Positions 37,663 through 50,900 of a stretch of 64,000 nt of DNA are shown one piece after another. How positions within the stretch are numbered: the first letter of the stretch is position 1; each line of letters opens with the position of its first letter. Made by a program: the position numbers and the translations under genes. Origin of the DNA: Balanoglossus misakiensis (taxonomy: Eukaryota > Animalia > Hemichordata). Where the stretch lies: NCBI GenBank assembly GCA_040954595.2, contig CM082589.2, positions 9,064,894 to 9,128,893 of the forward strand. The letters are read 5' to 3'. A model generated the notes under the pieces. The model saw only the letters and a list, made by a program, of their open reading frames with translations, did no database searches and was not told the DNA's origin.

Positions 37663-40257
37663 ATGCTACAGGAACAAAATGTGTCTCGTAAAAACCAACA
37701 AGTTTTTCCATCATTGACTCCCAGAAAGAAACGTCAAACTTAATTCTCTCTATCAACAGACCTTTATTTGTGTATACAACGAAGTCGCACCATGACACAC
37801 CACATATGCCCATCTGGCCTTGAACTTGAAAATAATAATTATGATTTTTTTTAAGACGAGGCACACCATCCACTATTTCACAATAAAATCTTGTGTCACT
37901 ACAGGCATCTCTGGGGCTGACATCTCTATACGCATATGCACATTTTATTTCAGCAATCCCAACACCACTGTGTTCATCAATAACTTTGGCATCTGGTGAT
38001 GCGCCACACCAGTACATTGATGGGTTCACAACTAAACCCGCCCTAAAAACAGAAACCTGCCTACCACTACTTATCATGAAATCTTCATATTTTTTTAAAG
38101 CTTTTGATTCGTTATCCTGGCCATATTTTATTGCTGGAATATGCGACATGTCTTTTGTGATTAATAAGCTGCGTACAAATTTGCTATGATTTCCCCAAGG
38201 TCTTTTTTTAACAACCCCCCCAAATTTGCTGCTCGTTAATCTGAATTTCCTGGCTTCAAACCATAAGGGGTTACAAGACTGGCCACGGGTCTGTTCTTCT
38301 AGTTGCGCTGATGCATCAGAGTTCAGCTTAAGTTTATCTAGGAACTTTGACACACTCTCAATACAAGGGCCATTAACGTTGAAGATAGGGACAGCAGACA
38401 GTGGAAGCCTAGGGTAGGTTTCTGGAATAAATTCTACAATGAAATCATTGGAAATATTACACAGGACATCAAAATTGCCTTCGGTTAAGGACAACTGGTA
38501 ACTGAGAACACTACCCACAGGCACATGGAAACCCATTTTTGTTGGTACCATATCAGTATCATCAGTTGTGGGGGTCAAATGAGAAAAACCCAAATTTAAG
38601 TCCTGAATATCATTACTGAGCTCTTTCAATTGATCATTTGATGTCTGCAATACAGCTTTCCCCCTAGCTTCATACAAAGTACAAGCTACCCCAGAGGAAG
38701 ATGTCCCATACTTCGGTCTAAATACATTGTATCCCATTATTGGTTCAGGTGCAATTCCATCAGTCCTGGGACGATGCCACTTTTGTGGATTATCTGTGCA
38801 TGTTCCCAGTGAAGGAAACTCTCTCAGTTTTAATTTCTTGCAGTGGTCAAGTAAATATAAAAGTCCCACTATATGATTGCAATGTCCTGCAGTACCTGCA
38901 ACACATGAGCACTTTGCATTAAAAACCTCAGCTGTTACTAAACATAGTGACAAGCTGACAAAATGGGGCGGTTCATTTTTCTTTTGGGACCTGTAACACC
39001 TCCCTTTGATTAAACAATGTGTGTCTGTTTTGCAGCTTTTTACATTGTGTACATAATTTTCATAAAAAAATTTGTACCCTTTATCAAGTGGTTTTTCAAC
39101 ATAATCCCCAACAACTTTGCCCGACTTTTTCACATGGTTCATAATTTGAACATATGAGAAACCTGTTGGTATTGAACCACAAGAACTGGTCCAATCATCA
39201 CAACTAGAAATGTCCACAGTTTGAGTCTTATCAACAGTGTCTTCATCTTTACATCTTGGACAACGGAGCCTCTTCGCCCGTGTGTAACACAGTCCTGGAT
39301 CAGGGTCAACAATAGTATGGGCATCATGGTACCTCTTCCGGACTCTGAAATACAAAGGAACATGTTTTGATAGATATTTCAAAGCATTTAATGACCATTA
39401 CATCAATATCAGCATTCAACACATCGGACTCTATTAGTGAAAAGCAAGAGTAATAATGACCTTGTTATGAGTGTTGCCCTGGTATCCGCCGACTTGTGCA
39501 CTAATCCATGGCATTTTAACCAAAACTGTAGTTCACTCTTTTTGCATTTTTCAACATCCTTCGATAAAACAGAACCCGGTATGTCTTCCTCAGTTAGCTA
39601 TATAGAAAAAAAGTCAAAGCATTTAATTAGGGGTCTGGTCACCTGGATAAAGTAGTTCAAACATTAAAAACTTATCGACACAAATGAATATTTCAATTAG
39701 GCATATTACTACTGAAAATATGTGAATTCTCACTTTGCATGTGTAACATTATTGAAGCATCTGAAAAACAATCACTCACATTTGTACAATTACAGCTAGG
39801 CTGCACAGCATTTGCCACACTACCGTTCTGAAAACTCATGATTCACTTCAGTCAGCTCAGTGGTAGCTCAAAGGATAGCCTGTCAATGGAATGAAAGTGA
39901 TACAAATTGTAACCCTGGCTGGCCCATGTATATTGCGGTTAAATAAACAAAAGATCGTGAAGGAAACAAAAACCAGAGGTGTGAAACAGTTGCTAATAGT
40001 ATTTAGTTGTTCAGATGTTGTGTCATTGTAGCTATTGGGTCTTTTGTATTAGTTGTGAATGAAAACTCGATCACTGAGCTGCGTAGAGCAAGTACGTTGA
40101 GGACATGAATAAGTAATAGGATGTAAATATTTAAGTAATGAATATTAATGCCGCCGATGAATATTTATGAGTGACCGGCAGTCTGAAATTACTTGGCAGA
40201 GCCAAATAAGGACTTTGAGAAGAAAACTGAAATCGCACTCACCATTTTTGCAGCCAT
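37625..40257 (-). CDS. SAP-like + SWIM zinc finger + YqaJ (lambda-exonuclease-like) protein; predicted exons 40257-40243, 39597-39461, 39344-37625 (~623 aa)
   Basis: SWIM motif CSCVAGTAGHCNH; YqaJ motifs RLTSSKFG, YGQDNE, GASPDA, EIKC and YYFQVQGQM. Exon 2 LTEEDIPG...LQFWLKCHGL is SAP-like. Intron phases 0 and 2 are consistent and the total 1872 nt is divisible by 3. The exon 2 donor (GTCATT) is weak. Confidence 0.88.
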
Positions 40258-40391
40258 TTCAAGCTTCCCGCGACCGCGTTGAAAAAAGACCAGGCGCCAC
40301 ATAAGAAAAAAACCGTTGACAAAATGGCTTCTTCAAACTTTCCCCCGAATGACGTCATCGCCTGTAGAGGGCGCTACTTATGAAAGTGGTG
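39913..40391 (-). repeat. Right terminal inverted repeat (479 bp)
   Basis: Reverse complement of 34963-35441. Confidence 0.95.
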
Positions 40392-43300
40392 TATAGGTTA
40401 GCCTGGAATTAGATATGCAGAAAAAAACGATGTGTCAAAAGTAGGTCAAAGGTCATTGCCAAAATTACCAAAATATTTGGGGTAGGTCCTGGCAGGGATG
40501 ATACCAATGTGCACAAAAATCAGAACTCTGGTACATTTAGAACACGTAGTATGAGCTATATATGCATATATGCAGGTTCTTAAAAAAGTAGGTCAAAGGT
40601 CATGTGAAAATTTCCAAAATATTTGCAACATATTCTAGTCATATCACGACTCATATCCATAAAAAGAATGTGTATGCTATCTATTTTTAGACTAGAAATA
40701 TGATTTCTTAATTTTCGCTGGTTTTTACAAAATCCAATATGGCCGCCATAATCTTCGACCAATCACAACGCTCTTCGCAAACTTGATAGACATCAGTTAG
40801 GTGATGTCATACCCTAAATCCCATGACTCGGTTATTGCCGGTTCTGGAGAAGAAGATTTTTGAAGATTTTACTGTACTTTTTCGAAAATCCAATATGGCG
40901 GCCAAAGTCACGTGACCGCTCAGGATTTTATTGTCAAACTTTGAAGGGCAGAGGACATGTGTACCATACACCAAATTTGAACTTGATTGGCCCTGTGGTT
41001 TTTGAGAAGAAGCCATTTAAAGATTTTCAGAAAATCCAATATGGCCGCCAGGTCACGTGACTAATTAAATATTCACAAGCCACTGCACATCTACTCATTG
41101 ACCTTGACCACTGTAGCAAGTTTGAGAAGTGTACCTGTAGCCGTTTCAGAGATCTAGGAGAGCAAAGATTGACATAAGAATAAAGAAAGAATTAAAGCTG
41201 CAAGCAGCATTGTCGGGCCCAAGCGCTGATCTTGAATTATATATGCACAGTATGAATGAGAAGAAACAGAATTTTCTATCGGATGTATTATCTCATGACA
41301 TAACAAGGACGTGTGTATTTTTGCTGCTGAAATAAGGTGAAGTAGGTCAAAGGTCACCTGAGGTCACCCAACATTTGGGCAATTTTTTTTTTGACCCATA
41401 CTGGTCCATGTCCAACAAAAAACAAAACTCTAGCTCTATTGGTTCGCCTGTAATTAGGTATGTGCATATTTAATGAGGTCAGCAGGTGTCACAGGTGACC
41501 CAAAAATGTGGCTTTACATTTTGGTCCCATCCTACCAAATGCCATGGCTGTAGCTGCTCTGGATGCTGAGATATGCGAAAGTAGGTCAAAGGTCACCAGA
41601 GGTCACGCAACATTTGGGCAAAAAATTTTGATCCCATACTGGTCCATGTCCAACAAAAACCAAACATCTAGCTCTATTGGTTCGCCTGTAATTAGCTATG
41701 CACATAATTAATGAGGTCAGCAGAGGTCAAAGGGCTCATGAAAAGTAGCAAAATATTTTGATCACACACTGATCCACATTCATAAAAAAACAAACGTCTA
41801 GCCCTATAGGTTAGCCTGGAATTAGATATGCAGAAATATTAACGCGTGATAAGTAGGTCAAAGGTCATGTGAAAAATCGCCAAAAAATTGTAACATATTT
41901 TAGTCACATGACGATTGATATCCATAAAAAGAATTTGTATGCTATCAATTTTTAGTCTAGAAAAAGGAATTTCAATTTTTCACTGCTTTTTACAAAATCC
42001 AATATGGCCGCCATAATCTTCGACCAATCACAATGCTCTTTGCAAACTTGATAGACATCAGTGTAGTGACCATACTCCCCGAATCTTGCGACTCAGTCAT
42101 CGCCCGTTCTGGAGGAGATTTTTGGAGTTTAACTATGGTTTTTCGAAAATCCAATATGGCCGCCATAATCTTCGACCAATCACAATGATCTTCGCAAACT
42201 TGATAGACATCAGTTAGGTGACCACATACCCCAAACCCCGTGTCTCGGTTATCACCGGTTCTGGAGAAGAAGATTTTTGAAATTTTGACCAGATTTCAGA
42301 AAAACAACTGTAGCAAAAAAACTGCAACATTGACAGCAAAATATCCAATTACAAAAATGATGGGCAGAAGGTACACTACCTGCACGCCAAATCTGAAGTC
42401 GATCTGACTTGTAGTTTCTGAGATCTGAGATTTGCATTTTTTCAGAAAATCCAATATGGCCGCCAGGTCATGTGACTAATTACGTATTCACAAATCACTG
42501 CACATCTACTCATTGACCTTGACCACTGTAGCAAGTTTGAGCAGTGTACCTGCAGTAGTTTCTGAGATTAAGTTGGCCGAAGAATTGACACAAGAAAAAA
42601 GAAAGAAAGAAAGAAAGAATTAAAGCTGCAAGCAGCATTGTCCGGGCCCAAGCTCTATTATCTGATCAGATTATTAGATATGCACATAATTAATGAGTAG
42701 AACCATAATGCTGTGTTTTATCCCATGAAATATCAAGGTTATATCTATGTTTGGTGTTGATATAGTGTTAAGTAGGTCAAAGGTCACCCGAGGTCACCCA
42801 ACATTTGGGCAAAAAATTTTGACCCAATACTGGTCAATGTCCAACAAAAACCAAACCTCTAGGTCTATTGGTGCATCTGTAATTAGGTATGCGCATATTT
42901 AATGAGGTCAGCAGAGGTCAAAGGGGTCATGAAAAGTAGCGAAATTTTTTTATCACATACAAATCCACATACATCAAAAAGCAAAATGATAGCCCTATAG
43001 GTTAGCCTGGAATTAGATATGCAGAAAAAAACGATGTGTCAAAAGTAGGTCAAAGGTCATTGCCAAAATTACCAAAATATTTGGGGTAGGTCCTGGCAGG
43101 GGCGATACCAATGTGCACAAAAATCAGAACTCTGGTACATTTAGAACAGGTAGTATGAGCTATATATGCATCCCTATAGGTTAGCCTGGAAATAGATATG
43201 CAGAAATAATAATGTGTGAAAAGTAGGTCAAAGGTCATGTGAAAAATCACCAAAAATTTGTAACATATTTTAGTCATATGACGATTGATATCCATAAAAA

Positions 43301-44242
43301 GAATTTGCATGCTATCAATTTCTAGACTAGAAAAAGGAATTTCAATTTTTCACTGCTTTTTACAAAATCCAATATGGCCGCCATATTTTTCGACCAATCA
43401 CAATGCTCTTTGTATACTTGATAGACATCAGTGTAGTGACCATACTCCCCGAATCTTGCGACTCAGTTATCGCTGGTTCTGGAGAAGATTGTTGGAGTTT
43501 TAGTATGGTTTTTCGAAAATCCAATATGGCCGCCATAATCTTCGACCAATGACAATGTTCTTGGCAAACTTAGTAAAAATTGTGGCAAAAAAACTGGAAC
43601 ATGGACAGCATAATGTCCAATTACAAAAATGATGGGCAGAAGGTAGACTACAAAATATTGTGATTACACACTAATCCACATGCATCATTACACATGCAGT
43701 AGTTGAGGGCGAAATACAAAGTTAGAATGGACACATTATGTGATTGGTTAATAGTCACTAGTGATGTGTGGATTGGTTGTAAATTGTTGAAAATTTTCAT
43801 CTGAATCAGTGAAAGTTTTGACAGAGGTATTTGTTTGGCTATAAACATATCTTTATTTAAGTGAACAGATCTGTATATTACATTCGTTAACTGTGAAGAG
43901 GATGTAGTATGGATATACCAATATATTGAGCTGTATAAAAGGAGTGTTAACCCAACACGTCTATAGGGTATGAATCTGAAAGCAACTTCATCCTACGCAC
44001 TTGAATCCGAAAACGAATCTGACTCCAGCAGAGGCGTTGACCTGAATCCGGTGAGTAACACGTATACAATCACATGCTGTTTTTAAATGTGATACGAATG
44101 AGAGAATCGGTGGTTTGAACGTATAATACTTGGTGGTGTTGGTTATGAAGTTGTTGTTTAACCAATGGTAGTGTGATTTTGTTTGTTTGTGAGACGATGG
44201 CAGTTTTGTAAGATGTTTTGTATTTTCGTCTCGAGCGAAATC

Positions 44243-44520
44243 CAAGATGGCGGCTATCGTAACATGTCGAGATTGCTTATTGTATGTAAAGAATCCATGG
44301 TACCGTAAGCATGCATGTTTTGGCAAATGTTATATATGTTGAGATGGTGGAGTTTGCTGGATTAAATAGAACAATTAGAGGCTGGGTAAATCAGAGTTTC
44401 TAGTGCGTTCGGTTCCATTCAAGTTGAAATTACGAGATAAGCTTCTTTTTGCAGTCAATGTACAAATGATTATTTAGACTGGAAAGGGTTTAGGCAAGCG
44501 AATCTCGTGACCGGAAGTGT
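44243..44520 (+). promoter_or_regulatory. Candidate promoter region of the RepHel gene
   Basis: YY1 consensus CAAGATGGCGGC at 44243 and ETS-type CCGGAAGT at 44511 in a locally CpG-containing stretch. Motif match only. Confidence 0.35.
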
Positions 44521-45235
44521 TGAATTCGGGCGATCGGTGTGTCATGCGTATGTTACGTACAAGCGTTGGTAAAGTATTAATTCTAGGATGTATATTTGTA
44601 AAAAAAATAAACTGTGTGGTATTTATGGATTGGCTTTTCCAAATACGTAAATACTGCATTTATTTCTGTGAATATTGTATGTTTATGTGATCAAAAGCCC
44701 AGGGGTAATCATTGTAATTTTTATCAGTTAAATTGATTTGTTTTTTTTTATAATTGAAAGGAATTTTGCTTCAAATATTGAACGATCTGTGTGAGTACAA
44801 AACAGAAACATTGCTGGATTATTTGACATTTTGGTTGTTTGTAAAAATGTGGGGACAAGTGGAGAATTGGCCAAATATTTTTGGTGACCACTGTCTTTAG
44901 TGTGTATGCTTTCTGGTGTGACAGGTGTGCCAAAACATAGACAATGAAATCTGGCAGGAGCATGAAAAGAACAGTTGACTTGTTAACATATTTTGATGCC
45001 ATGAAACTACGTTGTGGGCAAGACAATTTGTGTTATCAATCTGTGGTAACCTGTATGTGCCATTTGTATGGAAACTGTGATCAAGATATGAATTTCTGAA
45101 TATCACAAGCTTGGCAGTGAATTTATTGTTAATTGTTATCCTGTTTGTAGGCAATTGTATATTTTAATGTACTAGTTTAGATATATATTTATAGTTAATT
45201 AGTTAATTAAACAGGTTTTTTTATTTTCTTGACAG

Positions 45236-45261
45236 ATTTTGGCTACCAAAGAGTTTTCAAG
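45236..45261 (+). other. Candidate 26-nt 5' mini-exon of the RepHel transcript
   Basis: Polypyrimidine TTTTTTATTTTCTTGACAG acceptor followed by a CAAG|GTGAGT donor. The main ORF ATG (47966) directly follows another acceptor, TTGCTTTGTTCCAG. Confidence 0.5.
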
Positions 45262-45907
45262 GTGAGTGTTGGTGCACAACAGTGCATAGTATCATAGATT
45301 AACACACTCGGGTGTGCATTGTGTCAAATGTGAATTAGCCTTTTAAATCATTTGCGGAGGAATTGCTTAGTTCTACTATCAGTCACACTGTGGTTTAATA
45401 TCAGATAGGATGATTGTCCACTTCCATGCACCGTCTGTTAACATGTAAAAGCACTAGCCCATTTCTATGAATTTGTTATTCAGGGGTGACGGAAGAAAAA
45501 CATATTGTAATAGTTCATAGAAATGGTGTTTATTGAATACATCAGAAAGGAAGGGACTTGTATGTGCAGAACAATCATTGTGCTATGTGGTGTTAAGACC
45601 ATTGGATAGTGCCATTACTTACAACAATGGCTTCAAAAAAACATTGGTATGATGTATGTTTGTTGATGTCCTTGTCCTGTCATCGAACTTGTATATTAAA
45701 TTACTAAGTGTAAATCAGGTATAAAACAATCATGTTATGATTTGTATGAGTACATAATGAAAATGCCAGGATGTAAGGTCATACAAGGGTCAGGATTCAA
45801 GCCTTATCAGGTTCTTCAGGAGGGAAATGCGGTGTGAGTGAATACTGTGTGTGTATTTGTCCGTGTGTGTGTCTGTATGTATGAATGCGTACATGTATGC
45901 TTGTCAT

Positions 45908-47591
45908 TGTACTTGGACTTGATATTGCTGACTGGTGGAAATGGTTTTGAAGTGAAATTTTATTCAGATTTGGCTGAGTACATTGCAACGTAAATGGGAA
46001 AATGTCGGGTCATTCAGGGTCAGGTCTGAAGCCTTTTTTGGTTGTACACGGTGGATGTTGGGGTGTCCGTGTATTTGTTTATGTCTGTGCAAATTCATAC
46101 ATGTATGCCTATCGTACTTGGACTTGATATTGCTAACTGGTGGAAATGGTTTTGAAGTGAAATTTTATTCAGATTTGGCTGAGTACATTGCAACGTAAAT
46201 GGGAAAATGTCGGGTCATTCAGGGGGGTCAGGTCTGAAGCCTTTTTTGGTTGTACACGGTGGATGTTGGGGTGTCCGTGTATTTGTTTATGTCTGTGCAA
46301 ATTCATACATGTATGCCTATCGTACTTGGACTTGATATTGCTAACTGGTGGAAATGGTTTTGAAGTGAAATTTTATTCAGATTTGGCTGAGTACATTGCA
46401 ACGTAAATGGGAAAATGTCGGGTCATTCAGGGTCAGGTCTGAAGCCTTATTTGGTTGTACACGGTGGATGTTGGGGTGTCCGTGTATTTGTTTATGTCTG
46501 TGCAAATTCATACATGTATGCCTATCGTACTTGGACTTGATATTGCTAACTGGTGGAAATGGTTTTGAAGTGAAATTTTATTCAGATTTGGCTGAGTACA
46601 TTGCAACGTAAATGGGAAAATGTCGGGTCATTCAGGGTCAGGTCTGAAGCCTTATTTGGTTGTACACGGTGGATGTTGGGGTGTCCGTGTATTTGTTTAT
46701 GTCTGTGCAAATTCATACATGTATGCCTATCGTACTTGGACTTGATATTGCTAACTGGTGGAAATGGTTTTGAAGTGAAATTTTATTCAGATTTGGCTGA
46801 GTACATTGCAACGTAAATGGGAAAATGTCGGGTCATTCAGGGTCAGGTCTGAAGCCTTATTTGGTTGTACACGGTGGATGTTGGGGTGTCTGTGTATTTG
46901 TTTATGTCTGTGCAAATTCATACATGTATGCCTATCGTACTTGGACTTGATATTGCTAACTGGTGGAAATGGTTTTGAAGTGAAATTTTATTCAGATTTG
47001 GCTGAGTACATTGCAACGTAAATGGGAAAATGTCGGGTCATTCAGGGTCAGGTCTGAAGCCTTTTTTGGTTGTACACGGTGGATGTTGGGGTGTCCGTGT
47101 ATTTGTTTATGTCTGTGCAAATTCATACATGTATGCCTATCGTACTTGGACTTGATATTGCTAACTGGTGGAAATGGTTTTGAAGTGAAATTTTATTCAG
47201 ATTTGGCTGAGTACATTGCAACGTAAATGGGAAAATGTCGGGTCATTCAGGGTCAGGTCTGAAGCCTTATTTGGTTGTACACGGTGGATGTTGGGGTGTC
47301 TGTGTATTTGTTTATGTCTGTGCAAATTCATACATGTATGCCTATCGTACTTGGACTTGATATTGCTAACTGGTGGAAATGGTTTTGAAGTGAAATTTTA
47401 TTCAGATTTGGCTGAGTACATTGCAACGTAAATGGGAAAATGTCGGGTCATTCAGGGTCAGGTCTGAAGCCTTTTTTGGTTGTACACGGTGGATGTTGGG
47501 GTGTCCGTGTATTTGTTTATGTCTGTGCAAATTCATACATGTATGCCTATCGTACTTGGACTTGATATTGCTAACTGGTGGAAATGGTTTT
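45908..47591. repeat. 205-bp tandem repeat, ~8 near-identical copies
   Basis: Spurious ORFs repeat at 45983, 46188, 46396, 46601, 46806, 47011 and 47216 (one copy has +3 bp). Diverged flanking copies lie at ~45760 and ~47640. Confidence 0.97.
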
Positions 47592-47965
47592 TAAAGAAAA
47601 TTTCACTCAGATCTGAGATTTGTCTGAGCACATTCTAATGTGAATGCCAGAATGTTAGGTCATACAGGGGTCAGGATTTAAGCCTTATCCTGTTTTCCAG
47701 CAGAAAAAAAGTGTGTCTGTGATACTTTGTGTGTATATGTGTCTATTTGTATACAGGCATGGGGATATGTGTGTATTATGTGTTGCTGTTGAATTACAAC
47801 TTTGTTCGGACTTAGTTTCTATAAATCACTTCTGTCTGTTAAAAGTTCCACTACTTTTTACTGGTTATAATCACTAGTGATGTGATTTGATGAGAAGGTT
47901 ATCTGAAGTGTGGTGGTGAAAGGATAGTAAAAACCTAACTAGACAGTATATTTGCTTTGTTCCAG

Positions 47966-50900
47966 ATGCCACGCAGTAGATACTGGAGGAAGAAGAGGAG
48001 TCAGAAGAATGAAGATACTGTTGTGTCTGAGGATCCTGTCCTCTTGAAAAACAGGATAGCTATAGAGCACAAAGAGGGGCCTGCCCTCTCTAAAAACAGG
48101 AATAGAAATGAATACAAAGAGGGGCCTGCCCTCTCTAAAAACAGGAATAATAATGAATTCAAAGAGGGGCCTGCCCTCTCTAAAAACAGGAATAGAAATG
48201 AATTCAAAGAGGGGCCTGCCCTCTCTAAAAACAGGAATATGGATAAAATCAGAAAAAGTGACAGAGAAAATGAAAGTTCAAAAGTCAACAATGAGATATT
48301 TGAGACTGAAAATCAAAGTGTTGATAAGACTGAAGGAAGTAATGAAATTCTGCAACAACATAGTCTTGACAATGATTCATCGGACGACCTATATATTGGT
48401 AGTGGAACAGAGGACAGTGTTTATTCATTCTCTCCACTTACTTCTGATGTATGTGAACAGCTGTGTTGCAAATTTGATATTGTAGATAAAAATAAAATTG
48501 ATATTTTAAATAAACTTGGAAGTGTTACAATTGGAGACCCATGTAATTACAAGTCAATAATTGGTGATGGTAACTGTTATTTTAGGTCCTTATCATATTG
48601 TATAAGTGGGACTGAGCGAAATCACGGAGTTATTCGAACGGCCATTGTGAATCACTTGAAAGCCAATGAGGAAGTATATTCAGGCTGGGTAAGGTTAGAT
48701 GGATATACATCAGTTGCTGATTATATTGAGAAGTCCAGAATGGATCATCTAGGCACATGGGCTACAGAAACTGAAATCCTTGCCACTACAAATCTCTTCA
48801 ATGTAAATATTTTCGTGTACAGTTTCGATAGTTGGTGGAAACATTCATGTAATATAATCAATAAAAACAATGTTGATAGAGGTGTTGGTATATACCTGAA
48901 CCATCGCAATAGAAACCATTATGAAGTAGTTGAGTGTGTGAAGACACCACAGTTGGAAACCTGTCATTGTACACACATTGATTGCAATGAAGTTGTCCCT
49001 ATTGAAAATGTAACTGGAGAATGCATGGGTGTGACAGACAATGAGTGTTCAAAACAAATTGGTTTGAAAAAAGAGTTCCATTTGGATGACGTTTTTGCAA
49101 CACAGTGTTTCGCACCAGTACGAAGTAAGAAACGCGGTAGAGCCATTGGTGAACGGTTGAAAAAGAAACTCAGGCGTGAAAAGTATGAAAGTGAAAGAGG
49201 TAAATTGAATGAATTAAATGTACCCAGTAGTCTGAAGAGCTCTAAAGCATCTAAACAATATGAACGCTATCAGACTAATTCTGAATATAGAGACAACATA
49301 AAATCGGATAGTAGAAAGAGATATCATGAAGATGTACTGTATAGAGAGAACAAAAAACGTAGACTTGCAGGAAGATATGATCATGACCTAGTATATCGTG
49401 AAGTACAGAAAACTGTATGTGCAGAACAATGTTTGGCAAAATATGAAAAAGTTCCACTATACAGAGAGCACAAGAAGAGTGAGAGTGCAGCACAATGTGT
49501 TGACAAGTACAAAAAAGATCAGACATTCCGAGAACAAAAGAAGAGACAGAGTGCAGCACAATGTGTTGACAAGTACAAAAAAGATCAGACATTCCGAGAA
49601 CAAAAGAAGCGACAGAGTGCAGAACAATGTGTTGACAAGTACAAAAAAGATCAGACTTTCCGAGAACAAAAGAAGAGACAGAGTGCAGCACAATGTGTTG
49701 ACAAGTACAAAAAAGATGAGACTTTCCGAGAACAAAAGAAGAGACAATGTGTTGACAAGTACAAAAAAGATCAGACATTCCGAGAACAAAAGAAGAGACA
49801 GAATGCAGCACTATGTGTTGACAAGTACAAAAAAGATCAGACATTCCGAGAACAAAAGAAGAGACAGAGTGCAGCACAATGTGTTCATAAGTACAAAAAA
49901 GATCTGGAGTTTCGAGAACAAAAGAAGAGACAGACTGCAGCAGTATTTGCTGACAAGTTCCAAAACGATCAGAAGTTCCGAGAACACAAAAAAAGTCAGA
50001 ATGCAGCACAATTTCTTGACAAGTATAACAGAGATGAAGAGTTTCAAAACTGGACCAAAAAAAAATGTTTGGAACGTTACCAACAGGATCACGTTTATAA
50101 ACAAACTGTACTGCAGAGAAGACGTACTGAGAGGAAAGTGACAAAGATTGAAAAGGGAAATATAGAGCGTGTTATAATTGATTTCCGGAATCAGATTTCA
50201 GTTGGGCCAAATTGTGTATGTTCAGTTTGTCACCGGCGACTTTTTAGAAAACAGGTAATTGTTTGTAAGATGGATAACTATGTCTCTAAGGGAGGTCTCT
50301 GTGAAATGAATGCCAACAAATGCATAACACAAGAGTATGTACACAACTGTAGTGAATTGTGTATTGTTGATTGTCCCCTTAAGAGCAGTGCAGCCAGTAA
50401 ATTATGGATTTGTCACACATGTCATAGCAAACTCTTGCGTGCAGAGATGCCTGTTCAAGCTGCTGCAAACAATCTTGATGTCAAACCAATCCCTGATGAA
50501 TTAAAATGTCTGAATTCTTTAGAGCAACATTTAATTGCACTGCATATTCCTTTCATGAAAATGATGGCACTACCAAGAGGTGGACAAAATGGTGTTCATG
50601 GACCTGTTGTGTGTGTCCCGTCTAATATAGAAAAGGCCACAAGTATTTTGCCTAGAGGTGAATTGGAGGACCAGATGATAAAGGTGAAATTGAAGCGGAA
50701 ATTAAGTTATAAAGGTTGTTATCAGTATCAATTTGTAAACAAAGGACACATTCAAAATGCACTGGAATACCTACAGAAAAATAACAAGTGGTATAATGAT
50801 GTCAAATTCAATCTCACTTGGGAAAATACTCTTGAAAAGACTGAAGAAAAATCTAATGGTGAAAGTAATGAAAACACTGAGGAAAAATTGTTAGATACTG

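Larger units (their letters stand above)
34963..40391. mobile_element. Autonomous ISL2EU-type (PIF/Harbinger superfamily) DNA transposon, ~5.4 kb
   Basis: 479-bp TIRs (CACCACTTTC...GAAAGTGGTG) and convergent THAP-DDE transposase and YqaJ genes, the established ISL2EU gene pair. It is inserted in the host site CCCTATAGG; flanks are compatible with a TATA TSD or an AT TSD. Confidence 0.9.
34387..42618 (-). mobile_element. Continuation of the interrupted HINE unit (split again by the ISL2EU element) plus one further unit at 41191-42618
   Basis: The unit resumes at 34387, is broken at 34962/40392, and reaches its GAAA tract at ~41190. The next end motif is at 41191. Confidence 0.85.

Noticed and set aside
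37625-39382. Phage or viral recombinase, or bacterial contamination
   Set aside because: The gene has spliceosomal introns and sits within TIRs next to a THAP transposase, the known ISL2EU arrangement.
45983-47431. Seven tandem 71-aa ORFs
   Set aside because: A by-product of the 205-bp repeat, with non-ATG starts and a period not divisible by 3.
49275-50144. 289-aa and 247-aa alternative-frame ORFs
   Set aside because: These are shadows of the 66-bp coding repeat in RepHel.
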